Positions 1 through 10,787 are shown, counted from the first letter of the stretch. The stretch is DNA of 64,000 nucleotides from Candidatus Latescibacterota bacterium (GCA_965206595.1 OZ242214.1:2624001-2688000); one strand, 5' to 3'. Program-made: numbers and translations. The notes: generated by a model from the letters alone, not told the origin.

Positions 1-98
1 CCTAACAGCCGGCGCGGCGGGCGCAACCGCCGCCCGGGATTTGGTATGTGCTGCCGAATACCTGGCGGGCCGGGCCTGTCGAGAGAGGAAGGTTGCTA

Positions 99-689
99 AT
101 GCTGAACCGCCGTTTGCTTCCCCTGCTGGCGGCTGCCGGGTGCGCCGCCCTTTCAGTAACTGACACCGCGAATGCGGCCGGAGGGAAGATCACCGGGACG
201 GTGCGCGATGCCCTGACCGGGTACCCCCTGCCCGATGCCAACGTCCTCCTGGTGGAGACCGAGGCCGGCACCGAGACCGATTCCAACGGGCGCTTCTTTC
301 TCCTCAACGTCGCCCCCGGCCTCTACACCCTCAGAGTCACCTCCTTCGATGCGGAACGGCAGAAAGAGGACGCCGCCCTCATCAACGTCTTCCCCAATCC
401 TTACTACGGCGTCAACAAGGCCGAGACCTCCCCCTACAGCCACTTCGTGACCTTCAGCCACCTGCCGCAGAAAGCGACGGTCCGGCTGTACGATCTGGCC
501 GGCAACCTCGTGCGTGTCCTGGAGAAGAGCGGTCCCGACCCGTTCCTGCGCTGGGATCTCAACAACCACAACGGCCTGCCGGTGGCCAGCGGCATCTACC
601 TCGCCCATATAGAACTGCCCGATGTCCGCAGGAACCGTGTCCTGAAGGTGGTGATCCTGCAGGAACAGCAGTTCCTGGAAAGCTACTGA
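99..689 (+). CDS. Chimeric protein: signal peptide + carboxypeptidase-regulatory-like (TonB receptor N-terminal) domain fused to a T9SS-CTD/FlgD-like C-terminal domain
   Basis: ATG at 99 after GAGAGGAAGG; GKITGTVRD...LPDANV...TDSNGRFFLLNVAPGLYTLRVT followed directly by INVFPNPY...VRLYDLAGNLVRVL...WDL...VASGIY. Confidence 0.7.
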   Translation: MLNRRLLPLLAAAGCAALSVTDTANAAGGKITGTVRDALTGYPLPDANVLLVETEAGTETDSNGRFFLLNVAPGLYTLRVTSFDAERQKEDAALINVFPNPYYGVNKAETSPYSHFVTFSHLPQKATVRLYDLAGNLVRVLEKSGPDPFLRWDLNNHNGLPVASGIYLAHIELPDVRRNRVLKVVILQEQQFLESY

Positions 690-720
690 GCGGCGGCAAA
701 CCCTGAACAGGAGACCTGTC

Positions 721-1758
721 ATGATTCGGATCTACCAACGCGTCCGGCTCCTCCTGGCGGCCTGTCTCTTCCTGGGCTGCGTGCATGCCCACGCGGCGGG
801 GCGCGACCGCATCGGAACGGCCGCGGCACCCGAGCTGCTGATTCCGGTGGGGGCCCGCGACATGGCCCTCGGAGGTGCTTCCATCGCCACGACCTCGGGG
901 GTCGAAGCCCTGCACTGGAATCCCGCGGGACTGTGCCGTTCCGCAAACAACGTCGACCTGATGGTGTCGACCATGGATTACATCGCCGGCATCCAGGTCA
1001 ACTACGCCGCGGTAGGCAGCCTTTTCCCCTCCATCGGCAACCTCGCCCTGAGCATTAAGTCGTTGAACCTCGGGGACATTCCGATCACCACCGAGACCCA
1101 GCCGGACGGAACGGGGGCCACCTTCAAGCCGACCTTCCTGACCCTGGGGATCCATTTCGGCCGCGCCCTTACCGACCGCATCGGCCTCGGCACGACCCTG
1201 CACTACGTAACCAACCGGGTCGAGCGCGCCCAGGCGACGGGCATGTCCTTCAGCGCCGGGCTGCAGTATTTCGATCTCGGCGGTATCGAAGGGCTGGACC
1301 TCGGCGTGGCCGTCAAGCATATCGGCCAGCGGCAGAGGTACGATGGTCCGGCGCTGTTGAACCGGGGGGAGATAGGTTCCCTGCGGCGCGGCCCTTCCTT
1401 CTACAGCGTCCAGGCGAGCTCGGCCGATCTGCCTTCGACCTTCGAGCTGGGCCTGGCCTGGAACTACCCCGTGCAGTCGATGGGGGAGCTGAATTTCAGC
1501 TCGGTCTTCGAGCACCAGAACTACAGCTACGACCAGTACAAGCTCGGGGTCGAGTACGTGCTCAACGGCTTCCTGGCCCTGCGCGGCGGTTTCGACTACG
1601 CCGCCGGCGCCGAAGACGACTCCTACCTGTTCGGCAACAGCTTCGGACTGGGGCTGAGTCTGCCCGGCGGCAAGACCCGCTCCCGGCTCGACTACGCCTA
1701 CGGCAGCGTCGACCGTTTCGACGCGCTTCACACCTTCACCTTCCAGGCCGGTTTCTGA
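721..1758 (+). CDS. PorV/PorQ (UPF0164)-family outer-membrane protein
   Basis: Signal peptide, LLIPVGARDMALGGA...ALHWNPAGL motif, C-terminal beta-strand ending in F. Confidence 0.8.
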   Translation: MIRIYQRVRLLLAACLFLGCVHAHAAGRDRIGTAAAPELLIPVGARDMALGGASIATTSGVEALHWNPAGLCRSANNVDLMVSTMDYIAGIQVNYAAVGSLFPSIGNLALSIKSLNLGDIPITTETQPDGTGATFKPTFLTLGIHFGRALTDRIGLGTTLHYVTNRVERAQATGMSFSAGLQYFDLGGIEGLDLGVAVKHIGQRQRYDGPALLNRGEIGSLRRGPSFYSVQASSADLPSTFELGLAWNYPVQSMGELNFSSVFEHQNYSYDQYKLGVEYVLNGFLALRGGFDYAAGAEDDSYLFGNSFGLGLSLPGGKTRSRLDYAYGSVDRFDALHTFTFQAGF

Positions 1759-1899
1759 AGCGGCGGCGCAAGGTGAGGGTGCTTGTGCAACTCGTGTCCC
1801 CGAGTTAAATCGCGGGATCTGACAGGCGGCGCCATCCATCACCACGTGGGAAGCCGCCGATCGCTTGCCGCGCATTCCCGCTCATGCATGAGATCCTCG

Positions 1900-4800
1900 A
1901 TGCTGATCCGGCGACCGGGCATTCTGTGCCTCGTTTCCCTGTTCTCGATCCTCCTGCCCGACCGCTCCGGTGAGGCCCAGTCGCAGGCAACCACCGGGGT
2001 GATCCGCGGTTTCGTCCGGGACCAGTTCGGCAGCCCCGTAGCCGACGCAGCGGTCGCGCTCAAAGAGACCCGGACCAACTACGAGCGCACCCTCGTCTCG
2101 TCCGACCTCGGGCGGTTCACCGCGGCCTTGCTCCCTCTCGGCAACTACGACGTGACAGTGCAGGCACCCGGTTGGAGCGAACTGCGGAAAACAGGGATTC
2201 AGGTGCGGGTCGGCGAAACCGTGGAGCTGATCGTCAACCTGGTTCCGCAAATGGAGGAGGTAATCGTCGCAGCCGCCCTGCCCGCGGTGGACATAACCCA
2301 GAGCGAGGCGGCGACGCGGCTGCCGGAAGAGGCGGTTCGCGACCTGCCCAACAACGGCCGCAACTTCCTCAACCTGACCCAGCTGACCCCGGGGGTGGCC
2401 ATCGTCCAGGGCCCCGACGGGGACGAGCTCAGCATCGCCGGGCAGCGCGGCATTCACAACAACGTCTCCGTGGACGGGGCCGACTTCAACAACCCCTTCT
2501 TCGGCGAGCAGCGCGGCGGCCAGCGCCCGGCATTCACCTTCAATCTCGATGCGGTCGAGGAGATCGTGGTGGTGCCCCAGGGAGCCAACGCCGAGTTCGG
2601 CCGCTCCAGCGGCGGCTTCGTCAACGTCATCACCAAATCGGGGAGCAACGAGCTGCACGGCTCCCTGCATTTCTACGGCAAGAACGGGGCCTTGTCGGGC
2701 ACGGCGAGGCACGACGGACTGGAACGCGAGCCGGATTTCAGCCAGGGGCAGGCCGGCTTCACCCTGGGGGGACCTCTGCTGAGGGACCGGGCCTTCTTCT
2801 TCACAGCCTACGATCAGCAGCTGCTCAGGGACACCCGGCAGCAGGAAAGCGGGCGCATCGAGGGCCGGCTGCGCGCCTTCATGGACGCGCAGTTCGACGG
2901 GGCCCTGGCCGGGGACTACGGCCCCATCGACCGCACCGACGACGCCCGCGCCTTCCTCGCCAAGATCGATTTCCGCCTCTCCGACGATCAGTACGCCACC
3001 TTCAAATACAACTACACCTGGTCGGAGCAGGAGAACGGCACCTTCGACGTCGACTCCTGGGCCCGCAGCGCCAACGCCGTCGAGAGGGACTGGTCCCACG
3101 CCTTCAACGGCAGCCTGCTGTCGCTGCTCTCCTCGACAGCGACTAACGAGTTGCGCTTCCAGGTTTCCCGCGAAGACCGCCCGCGTCCCTACAGGGGGCC
3201 GCTCAACCCCGAAACCGGGCGGCCCTTCCCCGACACGGCCATGGACTTCCTCCACGGCTACCGCTTCGGCATGCCCTACTTCATCCCGGTCGAGTACTAC
3301 GACACCCGCATCCAGCTGCTCGACAACATCTCCGTTGCCAAGGGGGACCACCTGATCAAGGCCGGCATCGAGTGGAACCGGGTCGAATCGGTGCAGACCT
3401 TCATCGGCTTCGCCAACGGCCGCTACATCTTCAGCTCGACAGACGGCTTTCTCCGCTTCGTCGAGCAGGGGAACGGCTACGTCGAGTGCTCCGACGGCAG
3501 CACCGGCGCCTCCGGGGCCTGTCCCGACGGGACCGAGATCACCGGGCCGGTCCTCATCTACCTGCAACACGCCGGCGCCGGGGGGCTGACCGTGGAGGAG
3601 GCGGGCACCCAGGACATCCCGCAGCACGATCTGGCTCTGTTCGTTCAGGACAGCTGGAAAGCTTCGAGCAGGCTGACCCTCAACTACGGCTTGCGCTGGG
3701 AGGCGCAGATCCAGCCTGACGCCATCACCGATCCCGAGGAGGTGTTTTTTGCGGATTTCATCGGCCGGAAGGTGACCAACGAGACGGGCACCTACGAGTT
3801 CCCCTCCAACGGCAGGATTCCCTCGGACCTGGACATGTTCCAGCCGCGCCTGGGGGTGGCCTGGGATCTGCACGGCGACAACAGGACCCTGCTGCGCGGC
3901 AGCGCCGGGATCTACCACGCCCGCATCCCCGGCCTCAACCTCGCCGGCACACGCTCGACCAACGGCTCGCGCGGCCAGACGATCTTCCGCTCCAGCGCGC
4001 TGACCCCCGTTCTGGGGCCGCCGCCGACCTACGGAGAGCTATTGCCCACTCCCGCAGGCGATCCCTTCCGGCCCAACATCTTCGTCTTCGACCGGGATTT
4101 CCGGAACCCGCGGACCATCAGTCTGCAAGCGGCTGTCGAACGCGAGCTGCATGCCTCGGGACTGGTCGCTTCCTTCGGGTACACCTGGTCCCGGACCGAC
4201 CGGCTGACGCGCTTCGTCAACCGCAACGACGCGGTCTTCGGCTCTCCCTGGTCGACCGGCCTGGGGGCGGACGGCGGCAACGGCATCGGCGACCTTACCG
4301 TGGTCGAAAGCACCGCGGAGTCCCGCTACCACGGCCTCGGTTTCGGTTTGCGGCAAATGCTGGGGGAGGACCTGCAGTTCCAGGTCAACTACACGCTGTC
4401 GTGGGACAGGTCGGACGACGACAACGAGCGCGATCCCTTCACCTTCCGCTACGTCGACGCGAGCCGGCTCGACCGCGAGTGGGGCTACTCGAACCGCGAC
4501 CAGCGCCACCGCTTCAACGCCTGGGCCCTGGCGGCGCTGCCCGGCGGGTTCCTGCTCAACAACCGCCTGAGCTACTACTCGGCGCAGCCGGTCTCCGAAT
4601 TCTGCGGCGCCGGCAACCGGGGCTCGGGACAGCCGGCGGTCATCCCCTGGGGCGCCGCCTCCGACCGCATCTGCGGCGACGGCAGCATCCTCGCGCGCAA
4701 CACCCTGCGCAAGGAGAACGAGTCCTTCTCGTGGGACCTGCGCCTGTCGAAGCCCATCCGGATGGGCGGCGGCCGGCTGGAGGCCATCGTCGAGGTCTTC

Positions 4801-4929
4801 AACCTGCTCAACACCGACAACTTCCGCGACCCCTCCAGCGCCGCCCTGCTGTTCAATTTCGACGGCACCGTGCAGTCCGGCCTCGGCGACCCGCGCGAGG
4901 TGCAGATCGGCTTCCGCTACGTCTATTGA
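1900..4929 (+). CDS. TonB-dependent receptor (Oar-like)
   Basis: N-terminal carboxypeptidase-like domain, LPNNGRNFLNLTQLTPGV plug motif, AEFGRSSGGFVNVITKSG, FQPRLGVAWD, C-terminal PREVQIGFRYVY; start codon uncertain (1783-1900). Confidence 0.9.
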   Translation: MLIRRPGILCLVSLFSILLPDRSGEAQSQATTGVIRGFVRDQFGSPVADAAVALKETRTNYERTLVSSDLGRFTAALLPLGNYDVTVQAPGWSELRKTGIQVRVGETVELIVNLVPQMEEVIVAAALPAVDITQSEAATRLPEEAVRDLPNNGRNFLNLTQLTPGVAIVQGPDGDELSIAGQRGIHNNVSVDGADFNNPFFGEQRGGQRPAFTFNLDAVEEIVVVPQGANAEFGRSSGGFVNVITKSGSNELHGSLHFYGKNGALSGTARHDGLEREPDFSQGQAGFTLGGPLLRDRAFFFTAYDQQLLRDTRQQESGRIEGRLRAFMDAQFDGALAGDYGPIDRTDDARAFLAKIDFRLSDDQYATFKYNYTWSEQENGTFDVDSWARSANAVERDWSHAFNGSLLSLLSSTATNELRFQVSREDRPRPYRGPLNPETGRPFPDTAMDFLHGYRFGMPYFIPVEYYDTRIQLLDNISVAKGDHLIKAGIEWNRVESVQTFIGFANGRYIFSSTDGFLRFVEQGNGYVECSDGSTGASGACPDGTEITGPVLIYLQHAGAGGLTVEEAGTQDIPQHDLALFVQDSWKASSRLTLNYGLRWEAQIQPDAITDPEEVFFADFIGRKVTNETGTYEFPSNGRIPSDLDMFQPRLGVAWDLHGDNRTLLRGSAGIYHARIPGLNLAGTRSTNGSRGQTIFRSSALTPVLGPPPTYGELLPTPAGDPFRPNIFVFDRDFRNPRTISLQAAVERELHASGLVASFGYTWSRTDRLTRFVNRNDAVFGSPWSTGLGADGGNGIGDLTVVESTAESRYHGLGFGLRQMLGEDLQFQVNYTLSWDRSDDDNERDPFTFRYVDASRLDREWGYSNRDQRHRFNAWALAALPGGFLLNNRLSYYSAQPVSEFCGAGNRGSGQPAVIPWGAASDRICGDGSILARNTLRKENESFSWDLRLSKPIRMGGGRLEAIVEVFNLLNTDNFRDPSSAALLFNFDGTVQSGLGDPREVQIGFRYVY

Positions 4930-4959
4930 GGATGGTGGTTTTGTTTATCCGCAGACGGC

Positions 4960-5664
4960 ATGGCCGGCGTATCGAACGCCGCGGCCACTTCGAGAAACCG
5001 GCATCCGGTGATGGCCGAGCTCATCGCCCACCCCAACGCGCTCTCGGCGCTTAAAACCCTCGGATTCGACGAGCCGAAGTTTGGACACGGGCGCATCATC
5101 AGCAAACCACCGCACAGTCCACCCCTGTTCTGGCACGAAGATGGCCGCTTCTGGGATGACCCGGTGAGCTATACGACGCAGCCCATACAATGCTTCCTGA
5201 TGTACTACCTGACCGACACGACCCCGGAAAACGGGTGCTTGCGCGTGATCCCCGGGTCGCACCTGAAGCGTCATCCGCTGCACGACCGGATTTCCCCCAG
5301 GCATACCGATGAGCTCAGAACGTTCGCCAATCCCGACGATCCGGGGTTCTCGCGGGTAGATGATGAGGTCGACGTGCCCGTCAAAGCCGGAGATCTCGTG
5401 ATGGGATACGGCAGCCTGCTGCACGCTTCACATGCCAACCGGTCCAACCAGCGCCGGACCGTGCTCACGATGTGGTACTATCCGGACTTCATTTCCCTGC
5501 CCGAGCGCACCCAGGCCACGGTTGCATCGTTGGAAGCAGACAACAGGGACGCGGCTTTCTCGTCCGCAGGGATACAAGCCATGATGGAACCGCTCCAAAT
5601 CGCCTACCATGGCGAGGCCGAGCCAATAGAGACAGAGTGGACGCCGGGTGAGGCTCTGAAGTAG
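4960..5664 (+). CDS. Phytanoyl-CoA dioxygenase (PhyH) family protein, possibly N-terminally truncated
   Basis: WHED (HxD), [12 protein letters not shown], distal LLHAS, NRSNQRR. Confidence 0.8.
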   Translation: MAGVSNAAATSRNRHPVMAELIAHPNALSALKTLGFDEPKFGHGRIISKPPHSPPLFWHEDGRFWDDPVSYTTQPIQCFLMYYLTDTTPENGCLRVIPGSHLKRHPLHDRISPRHTDELRTFANPDDPGFSRVDDEVDVPVKAGDLVMGYGSLLHASHANRSNQRRTVLTMWYYPDFISLPERTQATVASLEADNRDAAFSSAGIQAMMEPLQIAYHGEAEPIETEWTPGEALK

Positions 5665-5859
5665 CAACAGCTGTTCCGATGTTTCCGGAGCAGGCACTCT
5701 GCGGCTCGTCGGCTTCGGATCAATCCCGGTGGGCCCTGACTCCCTGGCAGCGCCCACCGGGATTTCACCTTCTCCCCCCCGGGTACTTCCCCGGCTTTCC
5801 CCTGAAGACGGCAGCCTTCACGGAACTGGCAGGTCGGATGGAACCGCTGATCAGCCTGT

Positions 5860-6235
5860 TCGAACTCCTGGTGATGATCGCCCTGCTCGGCGGGGGGATA
5901 GGACTGTTGGGTCCGGGGGGTAGGCTACCTACTTGGCACGGAAGCCCTGCCATGGTCCCTGTCGGCGACGCTGGGTTATTTCTTCGCGCCCTTCGCCTGG
6001 CTGATGGGGATCGAGGTCGGCGACTGTCTGCATGCCGGCGAGCTGCTGGGCAAGAAGATGGTGATCAACGAATTCGTTTCCTACGTCCAGCTGAGCCAGT
6101 GGATGCAGCCGGCTCCGGCGTGGAGCTGAGCCCTCGCTCCGTCGCCATTCTCACCTATGCCCTGTGCGGTTTCGCCAACTTCAGCAGCATCGGCATCCAG
6201 ATCGGCGGCATCGGCGGCATCGCCCCGGAGCTCCC
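5860..6235 (+). pseudogene. C-terminal fragment of a CNT/NupC nucleoside transporter, frameshifted
   Basis: Frame from 5941 reads [38 protein letters not shown]; after a shift near 6110 it reads [35 protein letters not shown]. Confidence 0.8.
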
Positions 6236-6345
6236 TCCGGGTCCGTCCAAGGCCGACGACTTTCATTTAAATTGGTACGGTTACCTCACCGGGAATTCAT
6301 CCCCCGCAATCCAGAGCGAATGAGCAGCCCTCGAGGAAATACTGA

Positions 6346-7467
6346 ATGAACGCCCCCGGCCAGGACCAGCGGATTCAGACCGTCTGTCTGCTCCTTCTCA
6401 CCATCGTAGCCGTGGCCGCAGCGCTCTTCTGGCTGCGCTCGGTCATGGTTCCATTCGTGTTCGCCGTTCTCATCGCTTTCGGCCTCTTCCCCCTGATAAA
6501 TCTTCAGGTACGGCATCTGCGCTTCCCGCGACTCCTGGCCATACTCGCCACCCTGGCCGCGGGGTTCGTGATCCTCGGTCTGCTCGGGGTGCTGATCTCG
6601 ACGTCGGTCGGGCAACTGGCGGCGCGGGCGGACGACTACCTGCAGCGGCTCGTGCAGCTTCTCGACGTCGCCGTGGCGGCGATGCCCGGGCGCTTCGAGG
6701 ACGAGGCCAGGCGCGCCGTCGATTCGCTGTCCGACATTTCCCTGACAACGGCAGGCACCATCCTCGTCACCGTGACCAACGAGCTTTTGAGCCTTCTCTC
6801 GAGCGGCCTGCTGGTGATGATCTTCGTCGGCTTCATGCTCGCCGGTGGCTCCGAACTCGAGCTGACGCGGGACCGTTTCTGGAACGAAGTACAGTCCCGC
6901 ATCCAGCGCTACATCATCGTCAAGTCGCTCGTTTCCGCCCTGACCGGAGGGCTCGTCGGAATCATTCTGGCGCTGCTTGGAATCGATCTCGCCCTCGTCT
7001 TCGGCGTATTCGCCTTCCTGCTGAACTTCATTCCGAGCGTCGGATCGGTCATCGCCACCCTCCTGCCTCTTCCGGTCCTGATCGTCAGCCCGGATCTCTC
7101 CCTGACGACCTGCGTGCTCGCCATCCTGTTGCCGGCAACGGTGCAGTTCATCGTCGGCAACATCGTCGACCCGAAGCTGATGGGAAAAACCCTCGACCTG
7201 CATCCCGTCGCCCTGCTGCTGGCCCTGATCGTCTGGGGGACGATCTGGGGAGCGGTCGGAATGCTTCTCGCCACCCCGATAACGGCCATCCTCAAGATCA
7301 TCTTCGAGCGCATGGAGATCACCGCCCCGCTTGCTGAGATGCTCGCGGGACGCCTCGCCCACGATGGAGACGACCCTCGTCCAGAGGAAGAAGAAGCCGG
7401 AATGGAGAAAGGGGAACCCGGGAGCCAGCCGGATGGACTGGACGAAGCAGCAGACGTGAAGTCGTGA
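6346..7467 (+). CDS. AI-2E family transporter
   Basis: Multi-TM; AFLLNFIPSVGS, GNIVDPKLMGKTLDLHP, WGAVGMLLATP. Confidence 0.9.
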   Translation: MNAPGQDQRIQTVCLLLLTIVAVAAALFWLRSVMVPFVFAVLIAFGLFPLINLQVRHLRFPRLLAILATLAAGFVILGLLGVLISTSVGQLAARADDYLQRLVQLLDVAVAAMPGRFEDEARRAVDSLSDISLTTAGTILVTVTNELLSLLSSGLLVMIFVGFMLAGGSELELTRDRFWNEVQSRIQRYIIVKSLVSALTGGLVGIILALLGIDLALVFGVFAFLLNFIPSVGSVIATLLPLPVLIVSPDLSLTTCVLAILLPATVQFIVGNIVDPKLMGKTLDLHPVALLLALIVWGTIWGAVGMLLATPITAILKIIFERMEITAPLAEMLAGRLAHDGDDPRPEEEEAGMEKGEPGSQPDGLDEAADVKS

Positions 7468-7500
7468 GACGCTGAAGCGCCCGGGTTTGACCCCGGCTCC

Positions 7501-8517
7501 CTACCCGGCCCGGGGGACGACCCCCTCCGGCAGCAGCCCCTCCGCCTCGAGATCCGCCCACAGGGCCGGCGGGATCTCTTCCTGCATCAGGCGCGCGTTC
7601 TCCTTCAGTTCGGCCACCGAGGCGGCGCCTGGCACCACCGAAACAACCGCCTCATGTCCGAAGGGGAACTGCAGCGCCGCCGCCCTCAGGTCGAGGCGGT
7701 GGCGGTCGCAGACCGTCTTGAGCTCCCGGGCCCGCTGCACCATGTGCCCGGGGGCGGGCTGGTAGTCGAAGGAGACCGGCCTGCCGAGGTCGCCGGCGAG
7801 GATGCCGCTGTTGTACGGCCCGCCGATTACCAGCTTGACGCCGCGCTCCACGCACAGCGGCAGGAGCTCCGGCAGGGCGGACTGGTCGAGCAGGGTGTAG
7901 CGCCCGGCCAGGAGGATGCAGTCGAGGTCGAAACGCGCCACCATCCGCGCCGTCCGTTCCCACTCGTTCATCCCCATGCCGATCGCCCTGACCGCCCCGC
8001 TCGCCCGCAGCTCTACCGCGGCTTCCAGCGCCTCGACGAAGACCTCGTCGCCGTGCTGCCCCTTGAAGTCGCTGTCGTGGACGAAGAAGATGTCGACCGC
8101 GGCCAACCCCAGCCGTTGAAGGCTGGAATCGAGGGATGCCCGCAGCCCCTCGGCGCTGAAGTCGAAGGCGCAGGTACAGCGCGGTATCCCATCCTCGCTC
8201 CAGGGCTCCGGGTTTTCGGGGTCGGGCAGCAGCCGCCGCGAGCCCTTGGTCGAGATGGCGAACGACTCACGCGGAAACTCCCCAAGCACCCGCCCGTAGC
8301 GCACCTCGCTGCGCCCCTCGCCGTACAGGGGCGCCGTGTCGAAATAGCGCACCCCCATCTCATGGGCGCGCCGAATGATGGCGAGGGCCTCCGCGTAGCC
8401 GCAGCCCCGGTAAATCCCGTCCGCCAGGATCATGCCTCCCAACGGCGCGCCGCCGAGGCCCAGGCGCGTCACCGTCACTCCTGTGTCGCCGATTCCCACC
8501 TTTTCGAAAGGGTCCAT
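7501..8517 (-). CDS. Aldo/keto reductase (D-threo-aldose/L-fucose dehydrogenase-like)
   Basis: LGLGGAPLG, YFDTAPLYGEGRSE, LLAGRYTLLDQ, GGPYNSGILA; ATG at 8517. Confidence 0.88.
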   Translation of the reverse strand: MDPFEKVGIGDTGVTVTRLGLGGAPLGGMILADGIYRGCGYAEALAIIRRAHEMGVRYFDTAPLYGEGRSEVRYGRVLGEFPRESFAISTKGSRRLLPDPENPEPWSEDGIPRCTCAFDFSAEGLRASLDSSLQRLGLAAVDIFFVHDSDFKGQHGDEVFVEALEAAVELRASGAVRAIGMGMNEWERTARMVARFDLDCILLAGRYTLLDQSALPELLPLCVERGVKLVIGGPYNSGILAGDLGRPVSFDYQPAPGHMVQRARELKTVCDRHRLDLRAAALQFPFGHEAVVSVVPGAASVAELKENARLMQEEIPPALWADLEAEGLLPEGVVPRAG

Positions 8518-8521
8518 GCTC

Positions 8522-9169
8522 TCACTCCAGTCCGTAAAGCCGTTCGGCATTTCCGGCCAGAAGACCGGCCTGCTCTTCCCGGGTGTGGCTGAAGGGGTTG
8601 TCCGGATCGTACCCCGCGGCGCCGTTGACGACGTTCGGGTCGGCGTTGCCGCAGTGGTCGAGGATGAAGCGGGTGTCCTTGCACTGGTCCACCAGCCCGA
8701 CTGCGTCCCCCAGCTCCCCCGGCCGCAGGCAGAGGTCGAAGCTCAGGCCGGCCTCGCCGAGATACTGGACGTCGCGGACGAATCCATGCTGCAGGCAGCG
8801 GCCGGGCCCTGCAGCCGGCACGTGCAGCACCTGCCTCACCCCCTTGATGAACTCGTTCCCCTTGAAGCGGTCGATGTAGCCTCGGAAACCCTCCTCCCCC
8901 GGGCTCCCCGAGATCACCGCCCGCGAAACCGGATTGTCCCCAGCCGAACACAGAGAGATGGCGAACTCCGCTTCTTCCGGACGCTGGGAAGGGTCGAGGT
9001 CGACCTCCATGTAGACGGTCCGGTCGATGCCGGTCCCCGCGGCAGCGGCGAGATAGTCGCTGAGGAGGTGATTCCCCTGCAACGGCCCGGTTCCCTCCCC
9101 GTCGAGCCAGGGCAGCGAGAACCGCGCCAGGTCCCACAGGTGCAGATGCGTATCGACGATCGGCAGCAT
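8522..9169 (-). CDS. Amidohydrolase-2 family (sugar lactonase-like), apparently internally deleted
   Basis: IVDTHLHLWD, FILDHCG, terminal NAERLYGL; only 215 aa and lacks the usual KISG...GSDWP segment. Confidence 0.7.
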   Translation of the reverse strand: MLPIVDTHLHLWDLARFSLPWLDGEGTGPLQGNHLLSDYLAAAAGTGIDRTVYMEVDLDPSQRPEEAEFAISLCSAGDNPVSRAVISGSPGEEGFRGYIDRFKGNEFIKGVRQVLHVPAAGPGRCLQHGFVRDVQYLGEAGLSFDLCLRPGELGDAVGLVDQCKDTRFILDHCGNADPNVVNGAAGYDPDNPFSHTREEQAGLLAGNAERLYGLE

Positions 9170-9555
9170 GTTCCTCCCTCAAGGTTAGGATTTCCTGAAG
9201 TTACGGTAACAACTCGATCTCGACCCCGGGGCTTCACCACGCCTGGGATGTCCGGCCAACGCCCCTCCGCTTTGGGCGCAATCAACAGCATTCAACCTAC
9301 GCCGGGAAAGATCGGCAACAATGGACGCGCTTTCCGACCTGGGAGGCCCCCTTCGGGCAACCTGTCCGGTTCCACGGCCGGCCGGAACCGAGCGGCAGGA
9401 GATCGAATTCCAAACCGGGACCCCCCTTGTTGCTGGACCCTGCCAGACTTGACCAACTTTCACGTATGCACCGGATAGGCCATTTTGTACCTTTCCTAAG
9501 CCGAACCGGTCGAACGTTCGGCGAGTCGGCATCCTGGTCCTGGAGGAGCGGCGAA

Positions 9556-9999
9556 GTGGACTCAAATTTCGAGTTGGAGGTCAGGCTCGATCCCGAAGAG
9601 CCCAGGCGCGTTGCCGAGCAGTTCGAACGCTTCGGAGCCGAGCATGGGCTGCCGGACAGAACGATTTTCGGATTCCAGCTGGCACTGGACGAGATACTGA
9701 CCAACGTTATCTCCTACGGATTCGAGGAGTGGGCACCCGATCCGGACATCACGGTGAGCTTCGACCTCAACGACACCCGGCTCGAGGTCGTCGTCCAGGA
9801 CAACGGCCGGCCCTTCGACCCGCTCGAGGACGCCGACGAGCCCGATTTGACCCTTCCCGTCTCTGGCCGCCCTGTCGGCGGCCTCGGCATCCATCTCGCC
9901 AAGGCATTCGTTCACGCGCTTTCCTACGAGCGGGTGGACGGGTGCAATCGATTGAACCTCGTGCAGCCCACCGAGGCGCACCCGGAGGACGATGCATGA
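9556..9999 (+). CDS. Anti-sigma factor Ser/Thr kinase (RsbW-like, HATPase_c_2)
   Basis: GTG at 9556 after GGAGG; LALDEILTNVISYG, DNGRPFDP, GGLGIHL. Confidence 0.88.
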   Translation: MDSNFELEVRLDPEEPRRVAEQFERFGAEHGLPDRTIFGFQLALDEILTNVISYGFEEWAPDPDITVSFDLNDTRLEVVVQDNGRPFDPLEDADEPDLTLPVSGRPVGGLGIHLAKAFVHALSYERVDGCNRLNLVQPTEAHPEDDA

Positions 10000-10331
10000 A
10001 CCTCGAGACCAGCCATACCGGAAGCACCGCAGTCGCGGCCGTTAGCGGCCGCGTTGATTCCGCCAACGCAAAAAGCTTCGAAGAGGAACTGAGCTCCATC
10101 ATCGACCAGGGGGCCACCGGCCTCGTGGTCGACTGCGGCGAGCTCAACTACATCAGCAGCGCCGGGCTGCGGGTTTTCCTGATCGCCATCAGGAAGACCA
10201 GCGCCGCCGGGGGAGGCCTGGCCCTGTGCCGCGTTCCCGAACACATCCAGGAGGTGCTGAAGATCAGCGGCTTCTCGCGCCTGACGAAGATTTTCCCCAC
10301 GGTGGAGGAAGCGCGGGACAGCTTCGGATAG
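9996..10331 (+). CDS. STAS anti-sigma factor antagonist (RsbV-like)
   Basis: ATGA overlap with upstream gene; GRVDS, YISSAGLRVFL phospho-Ser motif. Confidence 0.9.
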   Translation: MNLETSHTGSTAVAAVSGRVDSANAKSFEEELSSIIDQGATGLVVDCGELNYISSAGLRVFLIAIRKTSAAGGGLALCRVPEHIQEVLKISGFSRLTKIFPTVEEARDSFG

Positions 10332-10476
10332 CCTCGCAGGAAATGAAGTGCAGCGGACCGGCATCCCTGCGGTTGCGGGCTCCCCGCCGGCCCATCATGC
10401 CACCCGGTGCTGCCACCCGGGCCCCTTACGCCGCCACCCTCGAATGGCACTCCGTACCCCTGCCTGAGGAGGACGC

Positions 10477-10743
10477 ATGAACGCACGCCGACACCGATCC
10501 TCCATTCTCCGCCGCCCGCGGATTCCCGGGGCGGCTGCTGCTTGCGGGCTCTTCGCCGCCGGCATCCTCCTGGCCCCGGGTACCGCGGCGGCCGCGGAGG
10601 AAACCGGCTTCATCCTCAACACCTTCTCGTTCCTCGTCTGGGGAGCCCTGGTGATGTGGATGTGCGCCGGCTTCACCATGCTCGAGGCCGGATCGGTGCG
10701 CTCCAAGAACGCCTCGATGATCTGCCTGAAGAACATCGGGTAG
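10477..10743 (+). pseudogene. amtB: Ammonium transporter N-terminal fragment, truncated by transposon end
   Basis: LVMWMCAGFTMLEAGSVRSKNASMICLKN; the stop codon lies inside the TIR that starts at 10739. Confidence 0.88.
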
Positions 10744-10787
10744 TGTGTCAATCTGAAATAAATGCTTACCCAATCCAGTGAACAAAA

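Noticed and set aside
559-3918. Long minus-strand ORFs (559-1875, 1882-3918) and similar ones at 38050-40119 and 52291-54243
   Set aside because: Antisense shadows of high-GC genes; no motifs.
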